From positions 1-55,790 of the forward strand of contig JAQGDQ010000086.1 in the NCBI GenBank assembly GCA_030141605.1: a stretch of DNA of 55,790 nucleotides. The letters run 5' to 3'. Positions within the stretch are counted from its first letter, which is position 1; each line of letters begins with the position of its first letter. Positions 13,113-25,825 of the stretch are shown here, piece after piece. Under the pieces are notes generated by a model. That model saw only the letters and a list, made by a program, of their open reading frames with translations. It made no database searches and was not told where the DNA came from. The stretch comes from Tubiluchus corallicola (lineage: Eukaryota > Animalia > Priapulida). The translations under genes and the position numbers were made by a program.

Positions 13113-14619
13113 ATGTAGTCTACGGCTACAGAGTTTTCTTTGCTATTAAAGAAAATGTTCTTCAATGCATAGGTTAATCCTATAAACCTATAATGCTGCC
13201 TAGACAATATATATAGCTAAGACGACACAGAGACGCAATTAATGTCCTACGCAAAAGTCCGATATATATCCCCATATTTGTTAAGGCATATTTAAGTTAC
13301 GGAACAGTTAAGGAATAACTGTTTATTCAACGAAATAGGAAAAAAGTTATGTGAGTAAACTTGAAAACCTTTTTATAAACACGGGAACGCAGTGAAATGT
13401 AGATTGAAATGTCAGCGAATTCGTGTTGAGTTTTTCTTTGCATAGACGGGTGATGGTGCTTCACCACTGAAAATTGCAATGTCTCTTGGTGAAGGTCCCT
13501 TTACATTTGAAGGTTATTTTTGAAATACTGTGATAATATACTTAAAATAAGTTAATAATAATAAAAGAAATGCGTGGAAAACAAGAAAAGGCACAAATTT
13601 ACTATTTTTTCACAAATTTACTGCTATTAGTAATGTTATAATATCATTACTGTAATAAGAAAAATATTACTCGCGAAAGGATATAGGGCGGAAGTACATT
13701 CAATGTTTTCAATTTCTCGGCTCATTTAAAATTGCGTGATCGAGACCAAGACTGACTTATCGAGATCACCCCAAGATTGAGACCGGTAAGTAGGCCTAAG
13801 TGATAAACCCTCAGACACATTTGCAGAAATTGGTCTAAAATTAGCACAAAAACCCTGCTAATATAATCCATAACAGCAATACAGAGATGTTTAATAAGAA
13901 TATTTCTTAATATTTTCTGTAATATTTAGATTAAGTTAATCACTTAAATAGTCAGTTTTATTCGTACATTACAAGAGATTCAGTGATACAAGTGATGTGA
14001 TGAGAATAAAATTGTTAAATTGTAAAAGTTCTTTGGTGACACGTAGTATTATCTTAAAAAGCACAAACATCGATGAGCTTATCTGACATCCGAAATTTTT
14101 TTCGGAATTGAGCCCTTGCATTAAACTCTCATTCAGGCTTCAACTTTGCTGCTGGTTTACGGGATTGTTTGTACAGGCACGTGATTTTTATATACTTGTG
14201 CGTAATGTACGGATGTTAACGTAGTGATCCCAAACATCACTTAGTCGGTTTTTATCCATTATACTAATTGAGTATAAAGGAGTAAAAAATTAGATATCTG
14301 AAAATTAGGAAATTATGCACTGACATACGAAACAATGTGAGTAACGTATAACGAAACAATGTGAGTATATCGTAGAGACGTTCGACCATGGGCAACAGCG
14401 TTACAGTCTGGACAAGAACTTATCTACAGCATGCAAAACTGCAAAAATTGACTTGTGCTTTAGTTTTCACAACATTATTTCAACGTCTATACCGCATATA
14501 TTAACTGTCAAGTATGAAGCATATGACTCTGCAGTCCACTACACAAGTGTGCAGGGCTGGATTAAAGGTTTTCCCGGGCCTATCGGCCCCGAGCAAAGGG
14601 CCTCGAGTCCCAAAAGTAA

Positions 14620-14935
14620 AATAGACTGTAAAAGAGACCTACATCTTCGTGTATCCCGGGTTCTCTTCTTTCCAACGAGTTATAAGTTTCTTTCCACGAC
14701 CCCAACCAACTGCCAGTAAAACGTTTTTCTACATAGGCGGGTAAATAATCTCCAAAACTAGTCATGTTTTACTCATACGAAGAACACCTTATAGAAAAAA
14801 CGTCCTAGCGGCATCCTAGGGAAAATATAGCTCTTTGAAAAGAGGAGAAACGGGGCTACAAAACAATGTAGGTTTCTTTTACAAATGTCACTACCAGGAT
14901 GAAAGATTACAAATTAAATTGGGAAATATTTTTTG
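14620..14935 (+). repeat. Interspersed repeat, diverged relative of 50720-51245
   Basis: Shared collinear blocks: aaaaacgt[c/t]ctagcg, gctcttt..aaagagga..ggggctaca..atgt.gg. Confidence 0.6.
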
Positions 14936-15254
14936 GACGTGCGTGTATATATATTCAACGTGTTAAACTGATGAATTTAATATACCTGTCTTTAGAAAGG
15001 GAGTTTTCATAAATTTATTACTACCTTTACTAAATAACATCATCTCGCCTTAATTTGTCATGAAGACTCCGAGGACCTATCAGAACATCGTTATTTGCCT
15101 AATAGTTAATCCACCCCTGTACATATTTCTAATATTACCAAGTTTCAAAGTTACATTTGAAAGTTGTCTTTGAAATCTATGCTTTTATTTCAGACGTTTA
15201 TCATTATTCAGTTATTCAATATGATAATGGCAACATTTTTACAGATCAAAGTAA

Positions 15255-17460
15255 TGGTGTGTAAAATTTTTAACTATCACTTTGCGAGTGTAGTTAACAA
15301 TGTTGGAAATGACATGCCACGAAATTTAAATGACCATCCAAGCTTAACTGGGACTATCTCACCCGGCGAAAGTTCAATTTAGACTAATATATGCAGATCT
15401 TTAAACGAATACCTCTCCATAACGCCATTGTTGAAGATGATGTAACCTGCTGTTATCACACTCCAACAAATATTATTATTCTGTGAATGTTCTGTGAATA
15501 AGCATTTCCGTTTTTGTTGAAGGAAGCCCGAGTAACGCCAGTTCATAAAAAGAGTGACAAACTTTTCAAAGAAAATTATATACCTGTCCATCACCTCTAA
15601 GCTCTTTAAACGTGAAATCTCAAACCAGCTGCGTAACTACTTTAAAGGCATATTGCTCCTTAATCTAAGTGCTTACAGAAAAGGATTAAGGTCTGAGTGT
15701 GTCTTACTAATTTTAATTGAGAAATTGAATGAAGCTATAGAGACCGAAGAAAGCATTGTGGAACAATATTAATAGATCTTTCTGAGGTATTAGAGTGCTT
15801 GCCGCACGAAATCATTAGGCTATAAAAAAATTAGAAACATATTGTTTGAACTTTTAGTAAGCCAGCAGTAGCCTTAATACAAAGCTACTCATCAGACCGT
15901 CCACAATGTGTCAAAATTGGTTCAAATCAGAGTGAATTCAAGTAGTTAGTTAAGGGCGTGCTACAGGGCTCCCTACTGTGTCCTACAATTTTAATACCTT
16001 TATATTTAAATCAACTTAATTTCATTTATTGCGTTAACAAATAAAGTTCACAAACGAATTACAATTATTATACAATACACATTCACAAAATATTAATGAC
16101 AATAAAACAATTACAACTTTATAATTTGATGTATAATATACCCAGTTGATACACATAACAATTAAATGTTAGAATAACATAACAAACATAACAATAATCA
16201 GACGTTTAAACAATATAATGCTCTTTTGCTCCATTTGCCCTGATTTTAAAACAATCCCTCGCAAAGTTACAAATTAAATCTAGCTCTTCCGGATCATCAT
16301 TTCCTAAGATAAATTTAAATTTTTCATCATTGTTCATATCTGGGAAATTCGGAAATAGTCTCGAAATTTGGTCAAATAAATGATATCTTTCATGTGATCC
16401 CTAAGTTTAGTCGTGGCAATAATACCAATAATAATACTTTGAGTTATGCAGATAAAGACTTTTGTGTATGGAAATGAACGCTCGAGCAGATGCTGATACT
16501 TTGGTCACTTGAAGCAAACGGAATGAAGATAAATGAGCAAACCCGGATAAACTCCAAAGTATAACATTTGTTTCCAGACTTGTGGATAGGAAGTTACTCT
16601 TTTACAGTCAAAATTGTAACAGTGCAACGTGCTACCGAAGGTAAAGTATTCGATATAATTATAGACGACCAGTTAAAATTCAAAAGTCAAATGTAAAAAA
16701 ATTAGTACAAAGGTAATTTGAAGCAATTAAATGCTTTGAACGCATTAGAAAAATTTGTCCTATGAATGCTGAAAATTAATCTATAAAACTTTTATTACAT
16801 CTGCGTTTAATTTCTGTCCATTAGTATGGCATTTTCGATGTGTCTAGTGAATAAAAAATTGATAAATTGAATTATCGCGCATTGCCTTACGTGCGTCGTG
16901 ATTTCAAAGAGTCGTAATGAAGGCATTCTTATTAAAGATTAAAGAATTTCCCTTTCCTTGCATAGAACTAAACTCACTGCCATTAGCGTATACATAATCA
17001 TAGCTAACCTCAGTTCTTCCTACCTCAATTATTTTGTTTTTCTTAAGAAAGGGGCACAGTATAATTTCGGAAATTATTCAATGAAACTCAAAAAGTCTGA
17101 TTTTAATTTTGTGCGTTATAAACGTAGTTTCGAATATCACGGTGTCCGTATATGCAATGAACTGCCCATTGTCCAATGGTGCGAAGAAAGCCGAAATTTC
17201 AAAAAATTCCGCAGATTGCTCTCTGTCTGGAACTCAACAAATATAAATGTGCTGTGTGCAAATCTTTGTGGTAATTAATAGTGTACATATGTTTCCCAGA
17301 TTCCTAACAATCCGCTGTACCCTTTATTCCATCGTCATTGTACCTGTTAAACATGTTGCTGTTCCACATCATCATCATCTGCTCTTTCTGTGTCGTTCAC
17401 TAATTTACTATGTAGGCTCATCATATTTCTTGTAAACTGAGCTTGAGTTTAAATTGACCA
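15255..17460 (+). mobile_element. Decayed non-LTR retrotransposon (CR1/L2-group LINE), RT region to 3' end
   Basis: Frameshifted ORF2 motifs in order: KIFNYHFASV, LKEARVTPVHKKSDKLFKENYIPV, SAYRKG..SECVLLILIE, DRPQCVKIG, GVLQGSLLCP, SYAD, SFEYHGVRICNELP. Confidence 0.9.
16003..16398 (-). mobile_element. 5'-truncated LINE 3' end nested in the older LINE
   Basis: Open minus frame HERYHLFDQISRLFPNFPDMNNDEKFKFILGNDDPEELDLICNFARDCFKIR..*, then T-rich UTR and AATAAA near 16025; sits between the host QGS and YAD motifs. Confidence 0.75.
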
Positions 17461-18452
17461 CCAATATACCATCATCAAGTGTAACAAAGTACAGTTGTAA
17501 CTCAAGAGCGCATTAATTAATTATTAGGCTTAAGTAATACATAACGTGACGTGACTTTCCTATTGCAATATTTGCTAATACGGTTTCGTAGTTTTGCTAG
17601 GCTGAATGAAAGTGTCCAATGCTATAATACAAATAACCTTTAAATCGTTGTTGTTTTGTTTTTTGCAAAACTGTGCTATTTATGTATATGCTTCACGTTT
17701 TTACCTATTTATCCTACAGAGTGTTTATTCTTTTTTATTTAAAAATCCTTCGTTTACTTAGTTAACTAAAAAAATTAGGCACTACTGTCAAGCCTTTCTA
17801 AATCGACTGGTCTTTTATTTTGTCTACAAGTAACAAACTATAGGATGCAGCTTGACAGTTCTCCATAAAGATTGCCTGACCATTATGGGCAACTTTGCGG
17901 ATAGAGTGTTCTCTGTAGACAATCACGTGCCATGAAGCAGGAATTTGCTGCAGGATCGAACTTTACTTCAACAAACATATTAGTAAAAAGTATTCAAAGT
18001 GTGTAAAATAATTATTTATTCTCGTCTGTTTACAAAACGATGCATTAACTTTACAAAACAATGCTCAACTATTTTTAAAGAATAAATGTATATAATACTG
18101 CATGGAACTGATCAATTTGACACAGTAAAATGAAACTAAAAAACAAAACATTAACGGAAACAATCATACTTTTGAACTTCAGAAGCGTATATTTACAAAC
18201 TACAAGCTTCCATTTTGATTCATTACAGTAAGAAACACGAAGCACTTTTAAAGTAGCTCAGGAAACTTGTACAACTTGGACTAGCTTGTCGTTACTTGAT
18301 AACACAACTATTTTCACGCTATTTGTTTTATAATTTATATAAAAAGCACCAAAAAAATTTTTATTTAGATTCACAAATGAATAAATAGGCCTATAGTACC
18401 AATGCTACATTGCAACAAAGTTTTAAATGCACGCTAGTGACGCAATACAGGA

Positions 18453-19460
18453 TTAAGGCGATGACTGCTGGAAGTTGTTATACAGTGCTTTTTGTGCATA
18501 ACTGGCAACTCCCAGAGCACGATCATAACTAGACGTTTTGAAAACCTGTGCTCGTGGAGCTTTACCCGCACCTGCTGAATACTGTCCGGAAATACAATTC
18601 AATTCTCTGTCATTGATGTTTGGACCTATACCCCAGGAGAAGACGTTGACATCCGGGTATTCGACTTTAATGTCAGCTGCCAGAGTGCAGGGATCTCCTC
18701 CGTGATTCGACGCGCCGTCGGTGAAAATGAATATGATCTTCTGTGCATCTTCTCTAGCAAAATCATTCAATAAATCCAGAGCTTTCTGCAACGCTGGTCG
18801 TGTGGCAGTGCTCTCTGAATCATACGGAAATTCTGAGAACGCTTTCAGCACTTTTTTGATATTGCTAGATGCTGCGTCTTTGAGGTGATTAAAGTTCACA
18901 TGGACCTTTGTTGAAAAGGAAATTCCTGCCATTCGCGTGGATTTAGGACCTACACCATTCTCTGCGTCGACGAATTTTGCCATTGTCTGGGCAAGTTCGA
19001 TTCCTTTGCTATAATCACTTTGTCCGATACTTCCACTTGCATCAATCACCCAAACAATTTCGACTTCTTTTGGTTCTGGACACTTACCAAGTGGCTTCTT
19101 GTCAGTTGGCAGTGCGGATCCGCTGGTATCACCGCCATCTTTGTCTTCTGTGGTCGAGTCTTCGTCAATGGGGCAGCGGAAGAGCTTCAGAAACGTTTCC
19201 TCCAAGAATTCCGTGACAGACACGACATCATCACTGTCTGGTGTAGTAGGTAGTGGCGGCCATGTTGGATGTGGGGGATAAAACGGTGGAAAAGGACGTG
19301 GAATTGGATGGAGTCCTCTACCAACTGGCATTTGCTGTTGGTATGGAACCTTCTGCTGCTGTTGCAGAAAAGAACCAAGCTGTCCACTTGGAACTGGTCC
19401 TGTGTGAACTCCAACTAGAAGTGCGGCCGTTACGCACATAATAACCGAATACATTTTCAC
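18453..19460 (-). CDS. Secreted single-VWA-domain protein, paralogue 1 (signal peptide, Q/P-rich and acidic linker, VWA)
   Basis: 335 aa; hydrophobic N-terminus ending GVHT-G; MIDAS DASGS..T(ATRPAL)..TDG; IIFIFTDGASNHGGDP and VFSWGIG are typical VWA strands. Confidence 0.93.
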   Translation of the reverse strand: MKMYSVIMCVTAALLVGVHTGPVPSGQLGSFLQQQQKVPYQQQMPVGRGLHPIPRPFPPFYPPHPTWPPLPTTPDSDDVVSVTEFLEETFLKLFRCPIDEDSTTEDKDGGDTSGSALPTDKKPLGKCPEPKEVEIVWVIDASGSIGQSDYSKGIELAQTMAKFVDAENGVGPKSTRMAGISFSTKVHVNFNHLKDAASSNIKKVLKAFSEFPYDSESTATRPALQKALDLLNDFAREDAQKIIFIFTDGASNHGGDPCTLAADIKVEYPDVNVFSWGIGPNINDRELNCISGQYSAGAGKAPRAQVFKTSSYDRALGVASYAQKALYNNFQQSSP

Positions 19461-19479
19461 GATTTCTTAATATTTAACA

Positions 19480-19880
19480 AGAATATAAACAAGATATAGT
19501 CAGTTCACTAAAAGCCACTGAGATTAACTTCTGCGTTGCAACTTCCTGCACTGTTACTCTGCAAAAGGTGTTATTCGCTGGATGCTAACACGTATATAAG
19601 TACCCAGCTCGTGCTGGTAGCGTACAATTCTGAGAAAGGAAGTTGTGCGTATCAGCTATAGTGTGGAAGCGTGAACGGTTGTAAAATCCGGTCTACTAAT
19701 TGAATTTTGACGAAATGTTTATGGGTTTTTAATGTAACGTGTCTGCACGACTCTTTCAAAATCAGCGAACCGCAAGGTGCCCGTGCCGAGCTCCAAGAAC
19801 TGGAACAGTTCAAAATAGAAACATCACGTATGTTAACATTGACGTCATAGTAAACAAAATTTACGAAAAATAACATTGAG
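19480..19880 (-). promoter_or_regulatory. Upstream/5'UTR region conserved between the VWA paralogues (matches ~25845-26190)
   Basis: Shared blocks such as ctggtagcgt..acaatt..gagaaaggaa and agaactggaacagtt.aaaatagaaacatcac; acceptor-like CTTTTGCAG in both copies. Confidence 0.6.
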
Positions 19881-20499
19881 TTTTACGAAATACACAATGT
19901 GAGAAAAAAACCGAGTAATTACGAAAAAGGCGAGACATAAACAGATTTCAGTTAAAGGCAAGAAAGGGGTACCTGAAGTAGATTTCAGAAAAATCGCCTA
20001 AGAAAATTCTATCACTTTAAAATCAACTTTGTGAGTATATCGCAGTCGCGTTGAAAAGATTTTTTGTTTGTTTTCATTTTGAATCTCCTGGAATACTGTT
20101 GCGACCGCGCCATTACATGACGTCATATGCGTACAAGGTAAGCTAGGGAAAGAAAAGGAAATGTAAACTGTGTCCCAAATTTTTTTCCATGCAAAGTTAT
20201 ATTACTTAGAATTTCCCTTACGTACTTGAAAGACTTCTGTAACTAGAAAGGAAAATTATTAATTATTTAAAGTATTTTCATCTCCATGGTGCACTACTTG
20301 ATCAGTAACCAGAAAACGTATTTTTAATCTTATTGACAAGATACAATAATTAAAAATTTTGCGTAGTCAGTGACGTGTGCGCTACGAACGCTCTAGTTAT
20401 TTTTTCAAACGTTACTCAGTGTTATCTAAGCTTGTTTCAAATGACTTATCACCAAAATGGCTGCGTGTAACGGTCATCGCGGGAGTTTAAATTTATACA

Positions 20500-20990
20500 G
20501 TGTTTCTGCTAGTACAAGCTTTGTATGCAAAAAAGCAGTACGTCAGTGACACAAAATTTCAAGACGAGTTTTTTAAGATTGGTGTAAATGGAAGGTTTTC
20601 TTATGCTGTTAGACCATCCTTAATATTGCCAACAGAAATCTGGTTAAGACCCGTGGCATCACCTACCGGCAAAAACAAGTAGTTAGAGACATTGGTTTGC
20701 AGTTTTTTTTATTAAGGCATGATAATTTCAACTATATTTTTAATCATATAGGTCGTTCATTAGATCAAATTTACTCATGTAGTGACGCACTTGAGACGCC
20801 TGTGCACTTGTTATTTGAATGTCAACTAGTTGATGCGGACAGAGAATGTTATATCCGCTACGGTTAAAAACAGACGAGACTTTGTTAGTGCTTTGAAAAA
20901 TAATTCTGATTTGCATCATGTGTACATGAAACGAAGTGAAATTCTATTAATAGCGTTATAATCCTGTAAAGGACGATTTTATCCTCTGCA
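20500..20990 (+). mobile_element. LINE 3' fragment with C-terminal zinc-finger remnant
   Basis: Reads RHDNFNYIFNHIGRS then SCSDALETPVHLLFECQLVDADRE, like the C.C..ET..H.L.EC motif of LINE ORF2. Confidence 0.65.
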
Positions 20991-21711
20991 CAACATTACC
21001 AGAAAATCAAGATTAAACAAATTAATTCGTGAATGAAAATTCGGTAGAACTTTAAATTCATTTTTGCAGTGTACGTGTATGTCTATGAATATGTAGGTAA
21101 ATCGTCGGATTTAAAATGTAAGCTAAATTAGTGAGCTTTTGAAGTAGTGAGATTGTTAAATAATTTGATAGTGAAACACACGCGACTTTGCTAATTTGTT
21201 TTATGAACTAACTTAGCATAATTAGTTTTTGCGTTATGTAATAAAACGAATGCGTTGTGCATAGTATAACTGCAAGTAGAGATTTAATAAAGAGTTTTAA
21301 TAATAATAATATTCCGCATTAGAATGATGGTTTTTATTTTCTTTTTTGCACTTAATGTACAGATGAAAATTGCTACAACCACATAAAATATCAAAAATGT
21401 GGAATTTACAGCTAAATTTTCTGCCCAAGACAAATAGGAAAAGCATTATTATAAAACTAAATGATAGCAATGTTTGAATATTCTCTACTTCTAACACCAA
21501 TTGCTTCAAGAATTATTATAGAAATGATAATTATCGCCAAATTTGAGCTATTCGGTAAATACAGCTAGCTGCTTTGTTGCTAAATGGTAAAAAATTATAA
21601 CTAGCGTTTACTATAAAATATAATCGCAACCACCTTAAAATTCAATGCCTCGGGTTTTGCAAAGCCCAGTCACGTCAGAAATACAGCAAAAAGCCAAATA
21701 CTTCTTTGGAA

Positions 21712-21895
21712 TTCAACGAAATGTAAGATCGTAATTATTTTTTTCGCTCCTACATACATGAGTGTGTAGTTCAAAAATAATCCTTTCAGTTCAGTTTATA
21801 ACTCGTACAGGATAATACATATCTGGACCTACGAGAGTTGATTATTTATATTCATACATTGTAACAGACTTACACACGGCAGCAGAGACTCTGAT
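21712..21895. repeat. ~180 bp block duplicated at 30966-31149
   Basis: Highly similar direct copies from ttcaa.gaaatgtaagat to ggcagcagagactctgat. Confidence 0.92.
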
Positions 21896-21950
21896 TACTA
21901 CTACTACTACTACTACTACTACTATAACTACCACTACCACTACCACACCA

Positions 21951-21992
<42 letters not shown>

Positions 21993-22000
21993 GTAGTAGT
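21896..22000. repeat. (TAC)n/(CAC) microsatellite
   Basis: Visible trinucleotide run. Confidence 0.95.
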
Positions 22001-24745
22001 TCACACAATTTACCATCTATTTCTCCGTATCATTCAGCTATTCCTTCAATTGTCCACGAGGGATTCCACTATGCTTTCATGAACCTTGTAAATGCGCATA
22101 ACTTCCAATACTTTCATTTTTGTCCAGCAGTGGGCGGTACGTGTTTTACATAAAATACCGCAGCAAAATGTTTGCAGCGCCATTGTGGCCATCTATACGT
22201 GGGCGCTGATCTAATAGATACTAGCCCGCAAAACCAATCATTAACGCTACAGCTATCGTATTGCTGAAAATTCTGAAGATAGAAATAAGATTCACGCAAA
22301 TTACATGTTAATCGGATTTTTATTATAATATGGAGAGAAGTTATTAGCAGTAGAAATAGGGATTATTTTTGTGAGACGCATTGCACGAGAAGCTTGTAAT
22401 CAGAAACTCAGCAGTGTTGAATGAATGAGTAAATATGGCACTGAAGCAGCTATCTTTATGAAAGGAAATAAAAAACAAATAAGAAAATGAATAAACAAAA
22501 TAAAGTAGACTTGGTTGTACGGATTTATAATGCATTTTTGATTATTTGTTCTATTCTTTCATAATTATTTCTATGTTTATCCTGATTATGTCATGTGTGT
22601 GTGAGGGTGTGCATATGTGTCTTTTAGTTCCATCCCAGCTTTTAACCACTATTAGTTCAAAAGTTCTTAGGAGCTTGTGTTTTTCATTTGTACAGGCATT
22701 CCAACTGTAAATAAAGATTTATCCATCTATCTAAAACGTATCCACCAAACAACGTAAAATTACTTTTTCATAGCCTCTAGTTTTTGCGAGAAGCGTACAT
22801 TGTTAAAATTGTTTATCAGTTTTATTATAGCCATTGTTCTTATTAACAACAGTTGTCTCGACCTTTAACAAAGCTACAATCTTGGCAAGATCAAGACCGG
22901 TACAAGTAATTCACAATTCATTTTATTGTGTGAATACAAAATGTAAATTTACAATACGTAGAAAAGCACACATCATAAAAATAATTAATTAGCATTTCGC
23001 TACAAAGTTATATAGTAACTACAAAGCTCTTGCTGATAGTTACATGAATTAAAGTTGACAATGTCTCCATCATCCAGTATCTATCACCTAGGCTTTTACT
23101 ATGTATTATACTAGTTTTTCTCATTGCAGACTTAATGTATATTGTCTTAGTAATGCATGATACTAAACCACAGTTAATAAGTTACAGCTCACAATACACA
23201 GTTCAATATTACTGTCTAAACTGAAAAAAGCATGAATCAGTCTAACAGCGCCATCTGTTATTAAATAATGTACTAAATTTAACATTATATTTTACTGAAG
23301 AAACAGATTTTTACTTATAATCACAGGCATTGCATAACTAACCTACTGTGACTAGAATGACATCAAATTATTTTACAAATTATGATAGTATCTGTCATAT
23401 CTTTCTTTAAAATCATTTATACTGGGGGCAAACACTATATACACAGGTAAGCTATTCCACAGGCAAACAGTTCTATTAGCAAAAAAGGAACTTTCTTAGA
23501 ATATAATGTGTTCTATCTGTTTCAAAAGTAAAACAGTCCTCTTAAGTCAGGGTAAGCTCTTAATTTGAACATTGTTTCATAATTAAAATTGTTTTATAAC
23601 CTTGAAAAATTTGAAGACCTCAATATAGTCTCATTGCAAAGACTGGTCACATCAACAAGGTAGCAAAAGCCTTAAAATTTAATGTCACAATAGCCCTGTA
23701 GACTAACAAATACATGGTGCACTGAAACTCACATTCATTTCGAGAATATTCCGAGCTTGACATTTTCTTAATTTGTTTTGCTACCATGTTGTTGTAATTT
23801 GTGCCATTTCTATTGTGATTTTAATTTACTCTGTATTTGACAAACAATTTCGTTCTTTTCCACTTGTTACTTTCTGTGTTTATTACCGATTCTTGGGACA
23901 TAATAAAATAAAAAAATCTGTTAAGTGATCGTTTAACTGTGCCCTTCATTGTTTTTTCAGGTGAAGTCCACAATGGTGTTGTTCAAAGCATTACGTCTTT
24001 TCTTTGTTGTGGGATATTTTGTTAACTGTACTTGTATGTAATTGTGACCGAGTCAAACAGCTCCCAGCTCCCAATTTGGTATTTAGTGTCTTTTATATCT
24101 AGCCCTTCTGTAGTGGCTCGTCAACAATGGTCGCTGATCTCCTTTTGTGGAGAGGTGTTCCGAAATAAGGAACTCCTGTTATTAAGCGGTAGTTTTTGCA
24201 AATTTTGGTTCATTCCGCAGCATTTTGTGTTGTTGGCGTGTTCGTTACCCAAATCATTTCCTCATCAATGTAGTAATTCGAAGTTATTATATCGCCAAGT
24301 AGAAATTTCATTGTTTTTGCCGTGCTATATGATGTCTATGGTAACTACAGGTATTTAGCAAGATATTGAGTGTACAACTGACTCGAGAGTATTTACTACG
24401 AACATAATAACAGAGTAGTAAATATTATCACTCACATTTGTTGTCGTGTAATTACTACAGGTGTGTTGGAAGTAATGAGTTAATACTCACCATTGGGCCC
24501 ATTAACATGTGCCGATTCTTAACATTCAGTATTACATTTTTTTAAATTTTAGGGCATATATTTACAAATTGCATAACAGTGATCAACTGATTATACATTT
24601 AAATTCACACTATTTGTATTATAATTTATATAAAAAGCACCAGAATAATTATTATTTATGCTCACAAATGAATGACTAGGCGTATAATACCAACGCTAAA
24701 TAGCAAAATTTTTTTGAAGAATCACAAAAGAGATGCTACATAGGA

Positions 24746-25825
24746 TTAAGGAGATGACTGTTGGAAGTTGTTATAGAGCGATTTTTCTGCATAACTGGTA
24801 ACTAATAAAGCACTATTATAACTAGATGTTTTGAAAACCTGTGCTTGTGTGGCTTTACCCGCACCTGCTGAATACTGTCCAGAAATACACTTTAATTCTC
24901 TGTCATTGATGTTTGGACCTATACCCCAGGAGAAGACGTTCACATCCGGGTATTCAACTTTAATGTCAGCTGCCAGCGTGCAGGGATCTCCTCCATGATT
25001 CGATGCACCGTCGGTGAAAATGAATATGATCTTCTGTGCATCTTTTCTAGCAAAATCATTCAATAAATCCAGAGCTTTCTGCAACGCTGGTCGTGTGGCA
25101 GTGCTCTCTGAATCATACGGAAGTTCTGAGAATGCTTGAAGTACTTTTTTGATATTGCTAGATGCTGCGTCTTTGAGGTGATTAAAGTTCACATGGACCT
25201 CTGTTGAAAAGGAGATTCCTGCCATTCGCGTGGATTTAGGACCCACACCATTCTCAGCATCAACAAACTTTGCCATTGTCTGGGCAAGTTCGATTCCTTT
25301 GCTATAATCACTTTGTCCGATACTTCCACTTGCATCAATCACCCAAACAATATCGACTTCTTTTGGTTCTGGACACTTACCAAGTGGCTTCTTGTCAGTT
25401 GGCAGTGCCGAGCAGCTGTTGTCACCAGTATATTTGTCTTTTGCAGTTGAAAATTCATCTGTTGCGTTATCAGTGCTAACCCGATCAAGAGCAATTGCTT
25501 TGTCTGCATTGCCATCATCAGCATCTCCTTTTTCATCAATGGGGCAGCGGAACAGCTTCAGAAACGTCTCTTCCAAGATTTCCGTGATAGACACAACATC
25601 ATCACTGTCTGGTGTAGTTAGTATTGGCTGTGATGGTGGAAATGATGGTTGTGAAGGATAAAATGTTGGAAAATGACCTGGAATTGGACTAATTTTTCCA
25701 CGACCATGCTGTTGGTATGGAACCTGCTGCTGCTGCAGAAAAGAACCAAGTTGTCCACCTGAAACAGATCCTGCGTGAACTCCAACTAGAAATACTGCCG
25801 TTATGCACACAGCAATCAAATACAT
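24746..25825 (-). CDS. Secreted single-VWA-domain protein, paralogue 2
   Basis: 359 aa; same architecture and nearly identical VWA domain to 18453-19460; longer acidic linker. Confidence 0.93.
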   Translation of the reverse strand: MYLIAVCITAVFLVGVHAGSVSGGQLGSFLQQQQVPYQQHGRGKISPIPGHFPTFYPSQPSFPPSQPILTTPDSDDVVSITEILEETFLKLFRCPIDEKGDADDGNADKAIALDRVSTDNATDEFSTAKDKYTGDNSCSALPTDKKPLGKCPEPKEVDIVWVIDASGSIGQSDYSKGIELAQTMAKFVDAENGVGPKSTRMAGISFSTEVHVNFNHLKDAASSNIKKVLQAFSELPYDSESTATRPALQKALDLLNDFARKDAQKIIFIFTDGASNHGGDPCTLAADIKVEYPDVNVFSWGIGPNINDRELKCISGQYSAGAGKATQAQVFKTSSYNSALLVTSYAEKSLYNNFQQSSP

